Counted from the stretch's first letter, positions 1 to 10,528 are shown. The stretch: 64,000 bases of DNA from Candidatus Bathyarchaeia archaeon (GCA_038883655.1 JAVZLQ010000004.1:64001-128000), one strand, 5' to 3'. Notes: generated by a model from the letters alone, not told the origin. Made by a program: numbers and translations.

Positions 1-2
1 CA

Positions 3-134
3 TACGGCGAAGGTTGGATTGTGGAGATTAAGCCGAACAACTCGTTAACTTTGGAACAGGAACTTAAAAAGCTGTTGAGCGCCCGTGAGTACAATAGGTG
101 GGTAAGCAAGCTTGAAGGCAGACTGAGAGAATAA
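3..134 (+). CDS. gcvH: 3' end of glycine-cleavage H-protein / lipoyl-carrier (GcvH/LbpA-like), truncated by window edge
   Basis: Manual translation of frame 3: (P)YGEGWIVEIKPNNSLTLEQELKKLLSAREYNRWVSKLEGRLRE*. PYGEGW is the C-terminal signature of H-proteins. The lipoyl Lys lies outside the window. Confidence 0.75.
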   Translation, partial: YGEGWIVEIKPNNSLTLEQELKKLLSAREYNRWVSKLEGRLRE

Positions 135-240
135 ATTATTTCCCCTTTTCTTTACTTTATGTTATTTTTGCGTTAAACTTAACGTGGATGCCCTAATATA
201 CTCGATGTGTTTCATAAATTTATTCTAAGTTGGTTTGACA

Positions 241-1962
241 ATGACAAAGAATAACCAAACAAAAGTAAAGAAACTTCCACCATGCCGCTCCGCATGCCCA
301 GCCCACGTGAACGTTCAAGGTTACGTCTCGCTGCTCCAAAGAGGCAAATTCAAAGAGGCAGTTGAAATAATCCGCAAGGACATGCCCTTCCCCGCCATCT
401 GCGGACGCGTATGCTTCAGCCCATGTGAAGACGCATGCGCAAGAACAAACGTTGACCAAGCAGTGGCAATACGCGCACTAAAAAGGCTCGTAGCAGACAT
501 AGAAAGGGAGCAAGGACGCGTAAAACCAGAACCAATACCCAAAAAGTACAACGAAAAAGTCGCTATAATAGGTGCTGGACCGGCGGGATTAACAGCAGCC
601 TACGAACTCGCAAAACTTGGTTATCCAGTAACTGTTTTTGAGCGTATGGCTGAACCTGGCGGAATGATGCGCTATTGCATACCCAACTTCCGCCTTGAAA
701 AGTTTGTTGTGGCGAATGAGATAGCCTACATAAAGGATTTGGGCGTGGAAATAAAGACTGGCGTGGAATTTGGAAAGGGTATAACGCTCGAAAGCCTACG
801 TAAGGATGGCTATAAGGCGATTTTCCTTGCAATCGGAACACAGAAAGGCATGAAACTTAACATTCCAGGTGAGGAGTTTGAAGGCGTGATAAACGCTGTT
901 GACTTTTTGAGGGCTATATCTTTGGGCGAACCAATAAAAGTTGGTGAAAGAGTCGCCGTCATAGGCGGTGGAAACACAGCCATAGACGCGGCGAGAACCG
1001 CAAAGAAGCTCGGCGCAAAAGAAGTCATGATATTGTATAGGCGTTCACGCGATGAGATGCCCGCGCTGCCCCATGAAGTAGCAGAGGCAGAAAAGGACGG
1101 CGTTAAATTCTACTTCCTAGTCGCGCCAAAGCAAATAATTGGCGAGAATGGCAGGGTTAAAGCTGTTGAATGCTTGAGAATGCGTCTCGGCGAACCAGAC
1201 GAAAGTGGAAGAAGAAAGCCAATCCCAATAAGCTTTTCAGAGCATCAATACGAGGTTGACATGGTTATACCCGCACTTGGGCAAGTCCTAGAATTGTCAT
1301 GCGTGCCGCCAGAACTTTTAGATAAAGAGGCAAAAGCACCTTCAATAAAAGTTGACTTTACAACAATGGAAACAAGCGTGAAAGGCGTTTTTGCTGGCGG
1401 CGACATGGCTACTGGACCAGCAAGCATCATTGAGGCGGTTGGGGCAGGCAAGAAAGCGGCAGTTTCGATTCACCTTTATCTCCGTGGGCAAGACCCGAGA
1501 AGCGCAAGGGAAGAGAAAATCGAGGAAACGACTTGGGTTAGGAATTGGGGTTACATCAAAAAGAAGGAACGCAGATACGAGCCTCCCTTGGAAAAGCCTC
1601 ACCTAAGCTTTGAAGAGGCTAAAGTTTACCTTGAAAAGCTGAAGCGCGAAGCGGTTTTTGAGGCTTTCCGTTGTTTAGGCTGTGGACCATGCGCGGAATG
1701 CCTAGCAGAACTAGACTTATGCGAGGGGGACAAGGCTGTTGTCGACGAAAACCTATGCGTGGGCTGTAACGTCTGCGCTGTTGTATGTCCGTTTGGGGCG
1801 ATAAAAAAGAACGAGAATGAGATTGCGCAGGTTAATGAGGAGCTTTGTAAGGGATGCGGAATATGTGCTGCGCGGTGTCCGGAACAGGCAATTTCAATGA
1901 AGAAGCTTTCGAATGAACGCATACTGAACCTTGCCTTGCAAGTTGAGGAGGCAAAAGCATGA
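241..1962 (+). CDS. GltD/NfnB/HdrL-like FAD/NADP(H) oxidoreductase with C-terminal 2x[4Fe-4S] domain
   Basis: PCRSACP...ICGRVCFSPCEDAC Fe-S N-terminus, GAGPAG FAD motif, GGGNTAIDAAR + YRRS NADP-type motif, C-terminal CVGCNVCAVVCP / CKGCGICAARCP. ATG at 241 preferred over TTG at 235. Confidence 0.85.
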   Translation: MTKNNQTKVKKLPPCRSACPAHVNVQGYVSLLQRGKFKEAVEIIRKDMPFPAICGRVCFSPCEDACARTNVDQAVAIRALKRLVADIEREQGRVKPEPIPKKYNEKVAIIGAGPAGLTAAYELAKLGYPVTVFERMAEPGGMMRYCIPNFRLEKFVVANEIAYIKDLGVEIKTGVEFGKGITLESLRKDGYKAIFLAIGTQKGMKLNIPGEEFEGVINAVDFLRAISLGEPIKVGERVAVIGGGNTAIDAARTAKKLGAKEVMILYRRSRDEMPALPHEVAEAEKDGVKFYFLVAPKQIIGENGRVKAVECLRMRLGEPDESGRRKPIPISFSEHQYEVDMVIPALGQVLELSCVPPELLDKEAKAPSIKVDFTTMETSVKGVFAGGDMATGPASIIEAVGAGKKAAVSIHLYLRGQDPRSAREEKIEETTWVRNWGYIKKKERRYEPPLEKPHLSFEEAKVYLEKLKREAVFEAFRCLGCGPCAECLAELDLCEGDKAVVDENLCVGCNVCAVVCPFGAIKKNENEIAQVNEELCKGCGICAARCPEQAISMKKLSNERILNLALQVEEAKA

Positions 1963-2702
1963 GTTCCAAAATTGTTTGTTTCATGTGTAATTGGGCTTTC
2001 TGCCTAGAGGAAATGGAAATTCCAAAAAACGTTAACATTGCCCGCGTAATGTGCATCGGAAGGCTTGATCCAACCATAGTTTTGGATGTACTTGCGAAGG
2101 GCGCTGACGGCGTTTTAATGATTGGCTGCAAACCACCAGACTGCCACTACATTGAAGGAAACCTTCAAGCGGAAAGAGCTGTGAAACTTCTAAAAAAGCT
2201 TGTTTCACTTGCTGGTTTGGAGCCGGAACGTGTAAGGCTTGAATGGTACACACCGCTAGAGGGAAAAAGCTTCATTCAACACCTGAAAGAGCTTAACACC
2301 GTTATAACTGCACTTGGAGAATCTCCAATAAAAGCGTCTCCAGAATCAGAACTTATGCTAAACATTTTGGCTGCTAAAAACGCGGCTTCTAACTTTAGGC
2401 TTAGGGTTTTGCTTGGAAGGGAAAGGGAACTCACAGAAAGCGTCAACGTTTACGGAGAAAAAATCTCGCAGGAGGAATTCGACTTTCTGATGGACGAAAT
2501 AGTCAAGGAAGAGTTCCTGCGCCACAAAATCCACTTGTTGACCAAGACCAAGCCGCTTTCGGTTAAAGAGCTGGCTAAAGCGCTTGGAGTCAAGCCCGCA
2601 GATGTTCTCAAACAGATTGTGAACATGCGTAGGAAGAACATGATAACAATAGAACGTTTCATGGAAACAACACCCCTTTACAGGGCGTTGGAGGTGAAGT
2701 AA
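1959..2702 (+). CDS. MvhD-like [2Fe-2S] protein with C-terminal winged-helix-like extension
   Basis: FMCNW, RVMCIGR, GCKPPDCHY MvhD motifs. The C-terminal LSVKELAKALGVKPADVLKQIVNM is HTH-like. Confidence 0.8.
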   Translation: MSSKIVCFMCNWAFCLEEMEIPKNVNIARVMCIGRLDPTIVLDVLAKGADGVLMIGCKPPDCHYIEGNLQAERAVKLLKKLVSLAGLEPERVRLEWYTPLEGKSFIQHLKELNTVITALGESPIKASPESELMLNILAAKNAASNFRLRVLLGRERELTESVNVYGEKISQEEFDFLMDEIVKEEFLRHKIHLLTKTKPLSVKELAKALGVKPADVLKQIVNMRRKNMITIERFMETTPLYRALEVK

Positions 2703-2703
2703 A

Positions 2704-5700
2704 ATGGCGGTTACAAATCAAAAGGTTGGAGCAGTTCTTGTTGTTGGCGGAGGAGTTGCCGGAATCCAAGCCTCCTTGGATTTGGCTGATTCTGGCTTCA
2801 AAGTGTATCTTATCGACGAGGGCGCAAGCATCGGCGGCGTAATGGCTCAGCTTGACAAGACTTTTCCAACAAACGACTGTTCGATGTGCATTCTCTCGCC
2901 GAAACTTGTGGCTACTGGTAGGCATCCCAACATAACAATTTTAACCAACACGGAAATTTTGGGCATGGACGGCGAGGCTGGAAACTTCGAAGTTAAACTT
3001 CGAAAACGCGCCCGTTACATAATCGAAGATAAATGCAACGGCTGTGGTTTATGCGCACAAAAATGCCCAATTGAAGCCATAGACATCTACAACGAAGGCT
3101 TAAGCAAAAGAAGTGCAATCTACGTCGACTATCCACAAGCTGTACCGCTCAAGTACAAGATTGACCGCGAAAAATGCATCGGCTGTGGAACATGCTACGA
3201 AATATGTAAAGCAAAAGCCGTGGCTTACGACCAGCAAGACAGCGAAGCTACTCTAAAAGTCGGCGCAATAATACTTGCACCGGGATTCGAAACGTTTGAT
3301 GCGCGGTTGAAGAGTGAGTACGGTTATGGACGTTACGCAAATGTTGTTACAAGCATAGAGTTTGAGCGTATATTAAGCGCTTCTGGACCATACGGCGGCG
3401 TGGTTTTGCGACCTTCTGACGGCGAAATCCCAAAGAAAATTGCCTTTATTCAATGTGTTGGTTCTCGTGATGCCCAGCTTGGAAACAACTACTGTTCCGC
3501 GGCGTGTTGCATGTACGGAATGAAAGAGGCTGTCATAGCCAAAGAGCACACGCCAACAAAGCTTGACGCCACAATATTCTTTATGGATTTACGCGCTTAT
3601 GGAAAGGAGTTTGACGCCTATTACAACCGCGCCAAAGAAGAGTGGGGAATAAGATTTGTCAGGTCTAGGGTTGCAGGTGTATCCGAAGATCCTCTGACTG
3701 GAAACCTTATCGTGCATTATGTTGAGGATGAAACGCCGAAAACAGAAGAATTCGACATGGTTGTACTCTCCATCGGCATGCAACCACCAAAAAATGTTGA
3801 AAAACTCGCGAAAGCCCTTGGAATAGAGCTTAACAAGTACATGTTCTGCAAAACAAACACCTTCACACCACTAGAAACTTCAAGACCAGGAGTTTTCGTC
3901 TGCGGCGCATTCAGCGCGCCTAAAGATATTCCAGAGAGCGTCGCCCAGGCAAGCGGAGCAGCGGCAAAAGCAATGAGCATAATTGCAAGCGAGAGAGGCA
4001 AGCTTGTAACGGTTAAAGAGTACCCGCAGGAAAGGGACATAAGCCAAGAAGAACCGCGAATAGGCGTTTTCGTCTGCCACTGTGGAATAAACATAGGCGG
4101 AGTCGTAAACGTTCCAGAAGTTGTTGAGTACGCCAAAAAACTCCCAAACGTGGTTTACGCAGAAGCAAACCTATACACGTGTTCGCAGGACACGCAGAAA
4201 CTAATCAAAGAAAAAATTCAACAGTACAAACTAAACCGCGTCGTCGTAGCCTCGTGCACTCCGCGCACCCACGAGCCACTGTTTAGGGAAACCGTTCAAG
4301 AAGCTGGATTAAACCCCTACCTTTTCGAGATGGCAAACATACGCGACCAATGCAGTTGGGTGCACATGCACGAACCAAAAGCGGCAACAGAAAAGGCGAA
4401 AGACCTTGTGCGCTCAGTCGTTGCGAAGGCTAGGCTTCTACAACCATTAAAGAAGCCGCAAATAGCCGTTACGCCAGTAGGCTTGGTCATAGGCGGCGGA
4501 GTTTCTGGAATGACTGCAGCCCTAGAACTTGCAAAGCAAGGCTTCGAAGTACACTTAGTTGAAAGAGAAAAAGAACTCGGTGGACACTTACGTCACATAC
4601 ATTATTTGCTTGAGGGCGACGAAGACCCGCAGCAAAAGCTGAAAGTCCTAATAAGCGAGGTTATGGCGAACAGCAAAATCCACGTTCACCTGGACTCTGA
4701 AGTTGTTAGCATCGAAGGGTTTGTTGGCAACTTCAAAACTAGGATAAGGCGGCATAACGGTGGAGAAGTGGAAGTTGAAAATGGCATAGTGATTGTGGCT
4801 ACTGGCGCAATGGAATACACACCAAAAGAGTACCTTTACGGCACAGACCCGCGAGTGCTCACCCAGAGGGAACTCGAAGAAAAACTTGCAAAAGGCAACT
4901 TCAAAGCCAAAACCGTCGTCATGATACAATGCGTCGGAGCAAGAAATGAAGAAAGACCAAACTGCGCGCGGATATGCTGCGGACAAGCAATAAAGAACGC
5001 CCTAAAAATTAAGGAGTTGAGCCCACAAACAGAAGTTTACGTGTTATATAAGGATGTTAGGGCTTACGGCTTTAAGGAGGATTATTACCGCGAAGCCGCA
5101 GCGAAAGGCGTGCTCTTCGTAAACTATGAAGATGAAAGGAAACCGCAAGTTGTTAATGAAGGCGGCAAGCTTAAAGTGCGGTTCTGGGAACCAGTGCTAA
5201 AAGAAGAAATCGAAATCGAACCAGACCTCGTCGTTTTAAGCGCGGCAACAATTCCTAACATAGACAACAAGCGCGTGGCAGAAATGCTCAAAGTTCCGCT
5301 AACAAAGGACGGCTTCTTCCTAGAAGCTCACATGAAGCTTAGACCAGTTGACTTCGCAACTGAAGGCGTTTTCCTATGCGGGATGGCGCACTCGCCAAAA
5401 TACATTGACGAAAGCATAGCGCAAGCCTGCGCTGCAGCCGCAAGAGCCGCTACGATACTCTCGAAACCAACGCTTGAGATGGAGGGAATCGTGGCAAACG
5501 TAAACGAAGATTTATGTAGCGGATGTAGAATCTGTGAATATCTATGCCCATACGGGGCAATAGAGATGCAAGAGAAAGACGGCAAACTTACGGCACACGT
5601 AATTGAAGCCTTATGCAAGGGCTGCGGCGCCTGCGGAACCGCATGTCCAACAAAAGCCATCATCATGGGACACTTCACAACCGAAGAAATACTCGCCCAA

Positions 5701-5733
5701 GTTAGAGCCGCACTTGTGGAGGCGACAGCATGA
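2704..5733 (+). CDS. hdrA: Heterodisulfide reductase subunit A, large (two-FAD-domain) form
   Basis: [16 protein letters not shown], inserted ferredoxin, CVGSRD...YCSAACC; second half [18 protein letters not shown]...CARICC, C-terminal 2x[4Fe-4S]. Confidence 0.95.
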   Translation: MAVTNQKVGAVLVVGGGVAGIQASLDLADSGFKVYLIDEGASIGGVMAQLDKTFPTNDCSMCILSPKLVATGRHPNITILTNTEILGMDGEAGNFEVKLRKRARYIIEDKCNGCGLCAQKCPIEAIDIYNEGLSKRSAIYVDYPQAVPLKYKIDREKCIGCGTCYEICKAKAVAYDQQDSEATLKVGAIILAPGFETFDARLKSEYGYGRYANVVTSIEFERILSASGPYGGVVLRPSDGEIPKKIAFIQCVGSRDAQLGNNYCSAACCMYGMKEAVIAKEHTPTKLDATIFFMDLRAYGKEFDAYYNRAKEEWGIRFVRSRVAGVSEDPLTGNLIVHYVEDETPKTEEFDMVVLSIGMQPPKNVEKLAKALGIELNKYMFCKTNTFTPLETSRPGVFVCGAFSAPKDIPESVAQASGAAAKAMSIIASERGKLVTVKEYPQERDISQEEPRIGVFVCHCGINIGGVVNVPEVVEYAKKLPNVVYAEANLYTCSQDTQKLIKEKIQQYKLNRVVVASCTPRTHEPLFRETVQEAGLNPYLFEMANIRDQCSWVHMHEPKAATEKAKDLVRSVVAKARLLQPLKKPQIAVTPVGLVIGGGVSGMTAALELAKQGFEVHLVEREKELGGHLRHIHYLLEGDEDPQQKLKVLISEVMANSKIHVHLDSEVVSIEGFVGNFKTRIRRHNGGEVEVENGIVIVATGAMEYTPKEYLYGTDPRVLTQRELEEKLAKGNFKAKTVVMIQCVGARNEERPNCARICCGQAIKNALKIKELSPQTEVYVLYKDVRAYGFKEDYYREAAAKGVLFVNYEDERKPQVVNEGGKLKVRFWEPVLKEEIEIEPDLVVLSAATIPNIDNKRVAEMLKVPLTKDGFFLEAHMKLRPVDFATEGVFLCGMAHSPKYIDESIAQACAAAARAATILSKPTLEMEGIVANVNEDLCSGCRICEYLCPYGAIEMQEKDGKLTAHVIEALCKGCGACGTACPTKAIIMGHFTTEEILAQVRAALVEATA

Positions 5734-6167
5734 CTGAAAAGGAAAATTTTGAACCTAAAATAATTGGTTTCCTATGCAACTGGTGTAGCTACGCAGGCGC
5801 AGACCTAGCAGGAGTAAGCAGAATCCAATACCCACCAAACATTAGAATTGTACGCGTCATGTGCAGCGGCAGAATCGACCCAATCTTCATTTTAGAAGCA
5901 TTCAAGAATGGCGCCGACGGCGTGCTGGTGGCTGGTTGCCACCTACCATCAGATTGCCACTACATTAGTGGAAACTTCAAGGCTTTGAGAAGGGTAACAT
6001 TATTAAGGAAAATTCTTTCAGAATTTGGAATCGAACCAGAACGCCTGCGGCTGGAATGGGTCTCTGCAAGCGAAGGAGACCGTTTCGCCGCAATAGTACG
6101 CGAAATGGTTGAAGAAATAAAAAAGCTTGGTCCAAGTCCCCTAAAGAAAATGGAGGTTAAAACATAA
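5730..6167 (+). CDS. mvhD: F420-non-reducing hydrogenase subunit D
   Basis: [39 protein letters not shown]. Confidence 0.95.
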   Translation: MTEKENFEPKIIGFLCNWCSYAGADLAGVSRIQYPPNIRIVRVMCSGRIDPIFILEAFKNGADGVLVAGCHLPSDCHYISGNFKALRRVTLLRKILSEFGIEPERLRLEWVSASEGDRFAAIVREMVEEIKKLGPSPLKKMEVKT

Positions 6168-6700
6168 TGTCACAAGCAGAAAAAGAGCCCATAAGGGCTT
6201 CTGAAATTGACCCCAAATTCAAATACGAAATCGCAAAGCTGCCAGGCGGAGAAAAACTCATGCGCTGCTTCCAGTGTGGCACATGCACTTCAGACTGCCC
6301 AATCGCAAAGTTCAGCGACACTTATAGGCCTAGGCAGATTATCCGCATGACACAGCTTGGTTTACGCGAAAGAGTTTTGAGCAGCGACACATTGTGGCTT
6401 TGCGCCTCATGTTTCACGTGCACGGACAGATGTCCACAAGACGTTGAGGTTGCAAGCGTAATTCGCGTTCTCCGTAACTTAGCGGCTGAAAGGGGATACA
6501 TTCCACAAGTTTTTAAGGAGCAAGCATCAAGCATCTTGGAGTCTGGGTACGCCTACAAAATCCCAGACCTGCGAATAAAGAAGAGGGAAAGTTTGGGTTT
6601 GCCGCCGTTGCCGCGTGGAAACCCCGAAGGCATAAAGAAGATTCTCCATGGCATAAACTTCCTAAAGTTTGTTGAAGGTGAGAAAAGTGCCACAAAATAA
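6167..6700 (+). CDS. hdrC: Heterodisulfide reductase subunit C
   Basis: CFQCGTCTSDCP and CASCFTCTDRCP; lies directly upstream of hdrB. Confidence 0.93.
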   Translation: MSQAEKEPIRASEIDPKFKYEIAKLPGGEKLMRCFQCGTCTSDCPIAKFSDTYRPRQIIRMTQLGLRERVLSSDTLWLCASCFTCTDRCPQDVEVASVIRVLRNLAAERGYIPQVFKEQASSILESGYAYKIPDLRIKKRESLGLPPLPRGNPEGIKKILHGINFLKFVEGEKSATK

Positions 6701-7574
6701 ATTCCTAATCTTCCTCGGATGCGCAATACCCTATAGGGTTTCAGCTTACGAAATCTCAGCGCGAAAAGTCCTTCAAAAATTAGGCGTAGAACTCGTCGAA
6801 ATGCCAGAATTCAACTGCTGCGGCTTGCCAATGGACCCCGTAAGCCATGAAATGATGCTTATTTTGGCGGCGAGGAACCTCGCTCTGGCGGAGCGTGAAG
6901 GACTAAACATTTTAACACTTTGTCCGGGATGCGCTGGCACGCTCAAGAAAGTTAATAAGATGTTGAAGGAGGATAAAGCCCTACGCGAAGAAGTAAACAA
7001 GCGCTTGAAGGAAGATGGTCTAGAGTTTAAGGGAACAATAGACGCGAAGCATCTGATGCAAGTGCTCATTGAAGATGTTGGCTTGGAACGAATAAAGAAC
7101 GCGGTTGTAAAGCCTTTAACGGCGCTTAAAGTCGCAGAACACAACGGCTGCCACATTTTAAGGCCAAAAGAATACATTGGTTTTGACGACCCAGAAGACC
7201 CGCAGACGCTTAAGAGGCTTGTGGAGGCTACTGGCGCCACATGCCTAGATTATCTCGACGAGACGGAGTGTTGCGGCGCCCCAAGCGTGGGCGTAAACGA
7301 CAAGATTGCGCTTCAGCTTGCACGGGACAAGCTTAACCACATAAAAGTGGTTGGCGCCCAAGCCATGATTACGATATGCCCGTTCTGCCACATAATGTAT
7401 GACACTAACGAGCTGCGCATAGAAAAAATGTTCAACGAAACCTACGGCATACCAATATTGCATTATACGCAGCTGCTTGGCTTGGCTATGGGAATACCGC
7501 CAGAAGAGCTTGCCTTCAACGAACTTAGAGTTGACGCTTCAAAAATATTGAGAACAGCGTTGGAAGGTGCATAA
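6687..7574 (+). CDS. hdrB: Heterodisulfide reductase subunit B
   Basis: Two CCG domains: FLGC, NCCG, CPGC, HNGCH, ECCG, CPFC. GTG start at 6687 follows the RBS-like GAAGGTGA. Confidence 0.95.
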   Translation: MPQNKFLIFLGCAIPYRVSAYEISARKVLQKLGVELVEMPEFNCCGLPMDPVSHEMMLILAARNLALAEREGLNILTLCPGCAGTLKKVNKMLKEDKALREEVNKRLKEDGLEFKGTIDAKHLMQVLIEDVGLERIKNAVVKPLTALKVAEHNGCHILRPKEYIGFDDPEDPQTLKRLVEATGATCLDYLDETECCGAPSVGVNDKIALQLARDKLNHIKVVGAQAMITICPFCHIMYDTNELRIEKMFNETYGIPILHYTQLLGLAMGIPPEELAFNELRVDASKILRTALEGA

Positions 7575-7575
7575 G

Positions 7576-8559
7576 ATGAGTAAGAATAAACTGAAGTTCG
7601 CGTTTTATTGGGCTGCAAGTTGCGGCGGCTGCGAAATCGCAGTTTTAGACATAAACGAGAAAATATTGGACGTGCTTCAAATAGCTGACATCGTCTTCTG
7701 GCCTGTTGCCATGGACATAAAATATAAAGACGTCGAAGCGATGCCAGACAAATATATTGACGTGTGCTTCTTTAATGGTGGAATACGCAACAGCGAGCAA
7801 GAACACATGGCTAAGCTATTGAGGCAAAAATCGAAAATACTTGTTGCTTATGGCGCTTGCGCTCACCTTGGCGGGGTTCCAGGACTTGCGAACTTGACTA
7901 ACCGTGAAGAGATTTTTGAGAAGGTTTATGCTGAAACATTTTCAACTGCAAACCCGAACAAGGCAATGCCAAAGCCCAAGGTTGCGGTTAAGGAGGGCGA
8001 ATTAGACATTCCAGAGTTCTATGACACTGTTAGAACGCTTGACCAGACAGTGGATGTGGATTATTATGTTCCTGGCTGTCCGCCAGCGGTTGAACGCACT
8101 CTGTACGCTTTGGAAGTCATAGCCAAAGGCGAATTGCCGCCGAAAGGCTCTGTACTTGCGCCGCTAAAGTCTGTTTGCGACGAATGCCCAAGAAAGAAGG
8201 AGAACAAGAAAATCTCGAAAGTTTATCGCGTTTACGAGAAGGCTCCAGAACCAGAAAAATGCCTACTGGAACAAGGAATAATTTGCATGGGACCAGCCAC
8301 AAGAGGCGGATGCGGAGCAAGATGCCTGAAGGCAGACATGCCATGCACGGGATGCGGTGGACCATGCCCGAACTCGCCAGAACAAGGAGCCGCCATGATA
8401 AGCGCGCTTGCTTCTATACTCGGCTTGGAAGAGGAAAAAGAAAAGTACACTGAAGAGGAAGTGGAAAAACTAATCAGTCAAGTAAAAGACCCGATTGGCA
8501 CGTTTTACATGTACGCTTTGCCAGCTTCAATTTTACGTAGGAGGATTATGCGAAAATGA
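7576..8559 (+). CDS. mvhG: [NiFe] hydrogenase small subunit (group 3c)
   Basis: SCGGC, YGACA, PGCPP, VCDEC, CLLEQGIICMGPATRGGC, PCTGC. Confidence 0.93.
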   Translation: MSKNKLKFAFYWAASCGGCEIAVLDINEKILDVLQIADIVFWPVAMDIKYKDVEAMPDKYIDVCFFNGGIRNSEQEHMAKLLRQKSKILVAYGACAHLGGVPGLANLTNREEIFEKVYAETFSTANPNKAMPKPKVAVKEGELDIPEFYDTVRTLDQTVDVDYYVPGCPPAVERTLYALEVIAKGELPPKGSVLAPLKSVCDECPRKKENKKISKVYRVYEKAPEPEKCLLEQGIICMGPATRGGCGARCLKADMPCTGCGGPCPNSPEQGAAMISALASILGLEEEKEKYTEEEVEKLISQVKDPIGTFYMYALPASILRRRIMRK

Positions 8560-10010
8560 AGAAGGTTGTTATTGACCCAATAACGAGGCTTGAGGGACAC
8601 GGGAAAATAGCCATATTCCTAAACGACGCAGGCGAGGTGGAAAACGCCTATCTGCAGATTCCAGAACTTAGGGGCTTTGAAAAGTTTTGCATTGGAAGAA
8701 AGGCTGAGGACATGCCGCTTTTGACGAGTAGGATTTGCGGTGTTTGTCCAGTTGCGCATCATATGGCTGGAACAAAGGCTTTAGATGCAGCGTTTAACGT
8801 TGAACCGCCACCAACAGCCAAAAAGCTCCGTGAACTAATGTATTGTGGCTACTATATTTACGACCATACATTGCACTTCTATTATTTGGGCGGTCCAGAC
8901 TTCGTCGTAGGACCCGACGCTCCACCAGAAAAAAGGAACATTATAGGCGTTATTGAGAAGGCTGGACTTGAAATTGGCAAAGAAGTAATAAAGCATAGAG
9001 CCTATGGGCAGAGGATAACCGAAATAATTGGCGGAAAAGCCACACATCCAGTCTGCGGGATTCCAGGCGGAATCTCCAAACCCCTAAGTGAAGAAGAGCG
9101 TAGCGAAATTGAGAAGATGGCTTCTTCAGCAGTCGACTTTGCAAAGTTTTCACTGAAGCTCTTTCACAACCTCGTTCTTGGAAACAGCAAATACGTCGAC
9201 TTGATTAAGAGCGACGCTTACACGCTGAAAACCTACTACATGGGCTTGGTTGACGAAAACAACAAGGTGAACTTCTACGACGGCAAAATAAGGGTTGTTG
9301 ACCCAAACGGTAGGGAATTCGCGAAGTTCGAAGCCAAAAACTACCTTGACCACATAGCGGAGCACGTTGAAGAATGGACTTACGTGAAGTTTCCGTACCT
9401 TAAGAAAATTGGCTGGAAAGGCTTCGTGGATGGTCCAGAAAGCGGAGCATACCGTGTTGGACCGCTTGGAAGGCTCAACGCTGCGGACGGAATGGCAACA
9501 CCATTAGCGCAAGCGGAATACGAGCTCATGTATAAGACTCTTGGCGGAAAACCAGTTCATTCAACCCTTGCCTATCACTGGGCTAGGCTTATAGAGCTGC
9601 TTTATGCCGCTGAAAGAGCCTTGGAGCTTAGCAGAGACCCAGAAATAACAAGTAAGGATGTGCGCAACAAGCCAGGCGAGCCTGGAGAAGGCGTAGGCGT
9701 GGTTGAAGCGGCCAGGGGAACGCTTATTCACCATTACGTTTTGGATGAAAATGCGCTGATAAAAGATGTTAACCTAATAGTTGCAACGGTCAACAATAGT
9801 CCATCAATAAACATGTCTGTTCGGAATGCCGCCAAAGGCTTGATACATGGTGACAAAATTGATCACGGCGTTTTAAACATGGTTGAAATGGCTTTTAGGG
9901 CATATGATCCATGCTTTGGCTGCGCCACACACTTCGCCTTCGGTCAGATGCCACTAACAATAGAAATTTTCAACAGCGAAAAGAAGCTAATAAAGACGCT
10001 GCGAAGGTAA
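8556..10010 (+). CDS. mvhA: [NiFe] hydrogenase large subunit (group 3c)
   Basis: TRLEGHG, L1 RICGVC, L2 DPCFGCATH followed by a cleavable C-terminal tail. Confidence 0.95.
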   Translation: MKKVVIDPITRLEGHGKIAIFLNDAGEVENAYLQIPELRGFEKFCIGRKAEDMPLLTSRICGVCPVAHHMAGTKALDAAFNVEPPPTAKKLRELMYCGYYIYDHTLHFYYLGGPDFVVGPDAPPEKRNIIGVIEKAGLEIGKEVIKHRAYGQRITEIIGGKATHPVCGIPGGISKPLSEEERSEIEKMASSAVDFAKFSLKLFHNLVLGNSKYVDLIKSDAYTLKTYYMGLVDENNKVNFYDGKIRVVDPNGREFAKFEAKNYLDHIAEHVEEWTYVKFPYLKKIGWKGFVDGPESGAYRVGPLGRLNAADGMATPLAQAEYELMYKTLGGKPVHSTLAYHWARLIELLYAAERALELSRDPEITSKDVRNKPGEPGEGVGVVEAARGTLIHHYVLDENALIKDVNLIVATVNNSPSINMSVRNAAKGLIHGDKIDHGVLNMVEMAFRAYDPCFGCATHFAFGQMPLTIEIFNSEKKLIKTLRR

Positions 10011-10039
10011 ATTTCCCATTTTCAATTACGGCGAATTTA

Positions 10040-10528
10040 TTGGTTAACCAGAAACTAAAGAAGAATTTGAAGGATTGGCTTTCTAATGCCAGAAAAGTTG
10101 TTGTTGCTGGGATTGGAAACCCCATAAGGATGGATGATTTTGTCGGAGTCAAGATTATCCAAGAACTACGCGGAAAGGTCTCTGAGAAGGTTTTTTTGAT
10201 CGAATGTGAAACTGTCCCAGAAAGTTTTATGCAGCAAATAATAGATTTCAGCCCAACGCACGTCTTGTTGATTGACGCTGCAGTTTTGGGGCTTAAGCCA
10301 GGAGAGGCAAAGCTTGTCTATCCACAGGATTTAACGATTTTTCCAGCATTTTCAACGCATATGCTTCCGCTACGCCTGTTTTGTGAGTACCTATCAAAAA
10401 CTTTGGAGGCGAAAATTGCCTTGCTGCTTATACAGCCTAAAAGTGCAGAGTTTGGCGAAGGCTTAACAAAGGAAGTTGCAGTTTCAGCCACCAAAATTGT
10501 TAATCTGCTGCTGAAGGTTCTTCCATAA
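10040..10528 (+). CDS. hycI: Hydrogenase maturation endopeptidase
   Basis: GIGNPIRMDD, ETVPE, IDAA, STHMLPL. Start codon uncertain (TTG at 10040 chosen). Confidence 0.88.
   Translation: MVNQKLKKNLKDWLSNARKVVVAGIGNPIRMDDFVGVKIIQELRGKVSEKVFLIECETVPESFMQQIIDFSPTHVLLIDAAVLGLKPGEAKLVYPQDLTIFPAFSTHMLPLRLFCEYLSKTLEAKIALLLIQPKSAEFGEGLTKEVAVSATKIVNLLLKVLP

Noticed and set aside
2704-10010. Hdr/Mvh as evidence of methanogenesis or selenoproteins
   Set aside because: No mcr or mtr in the window, Hdr/Mvh is common in non-methanogens, and all relevant positions are Cys with no in-frame TGA
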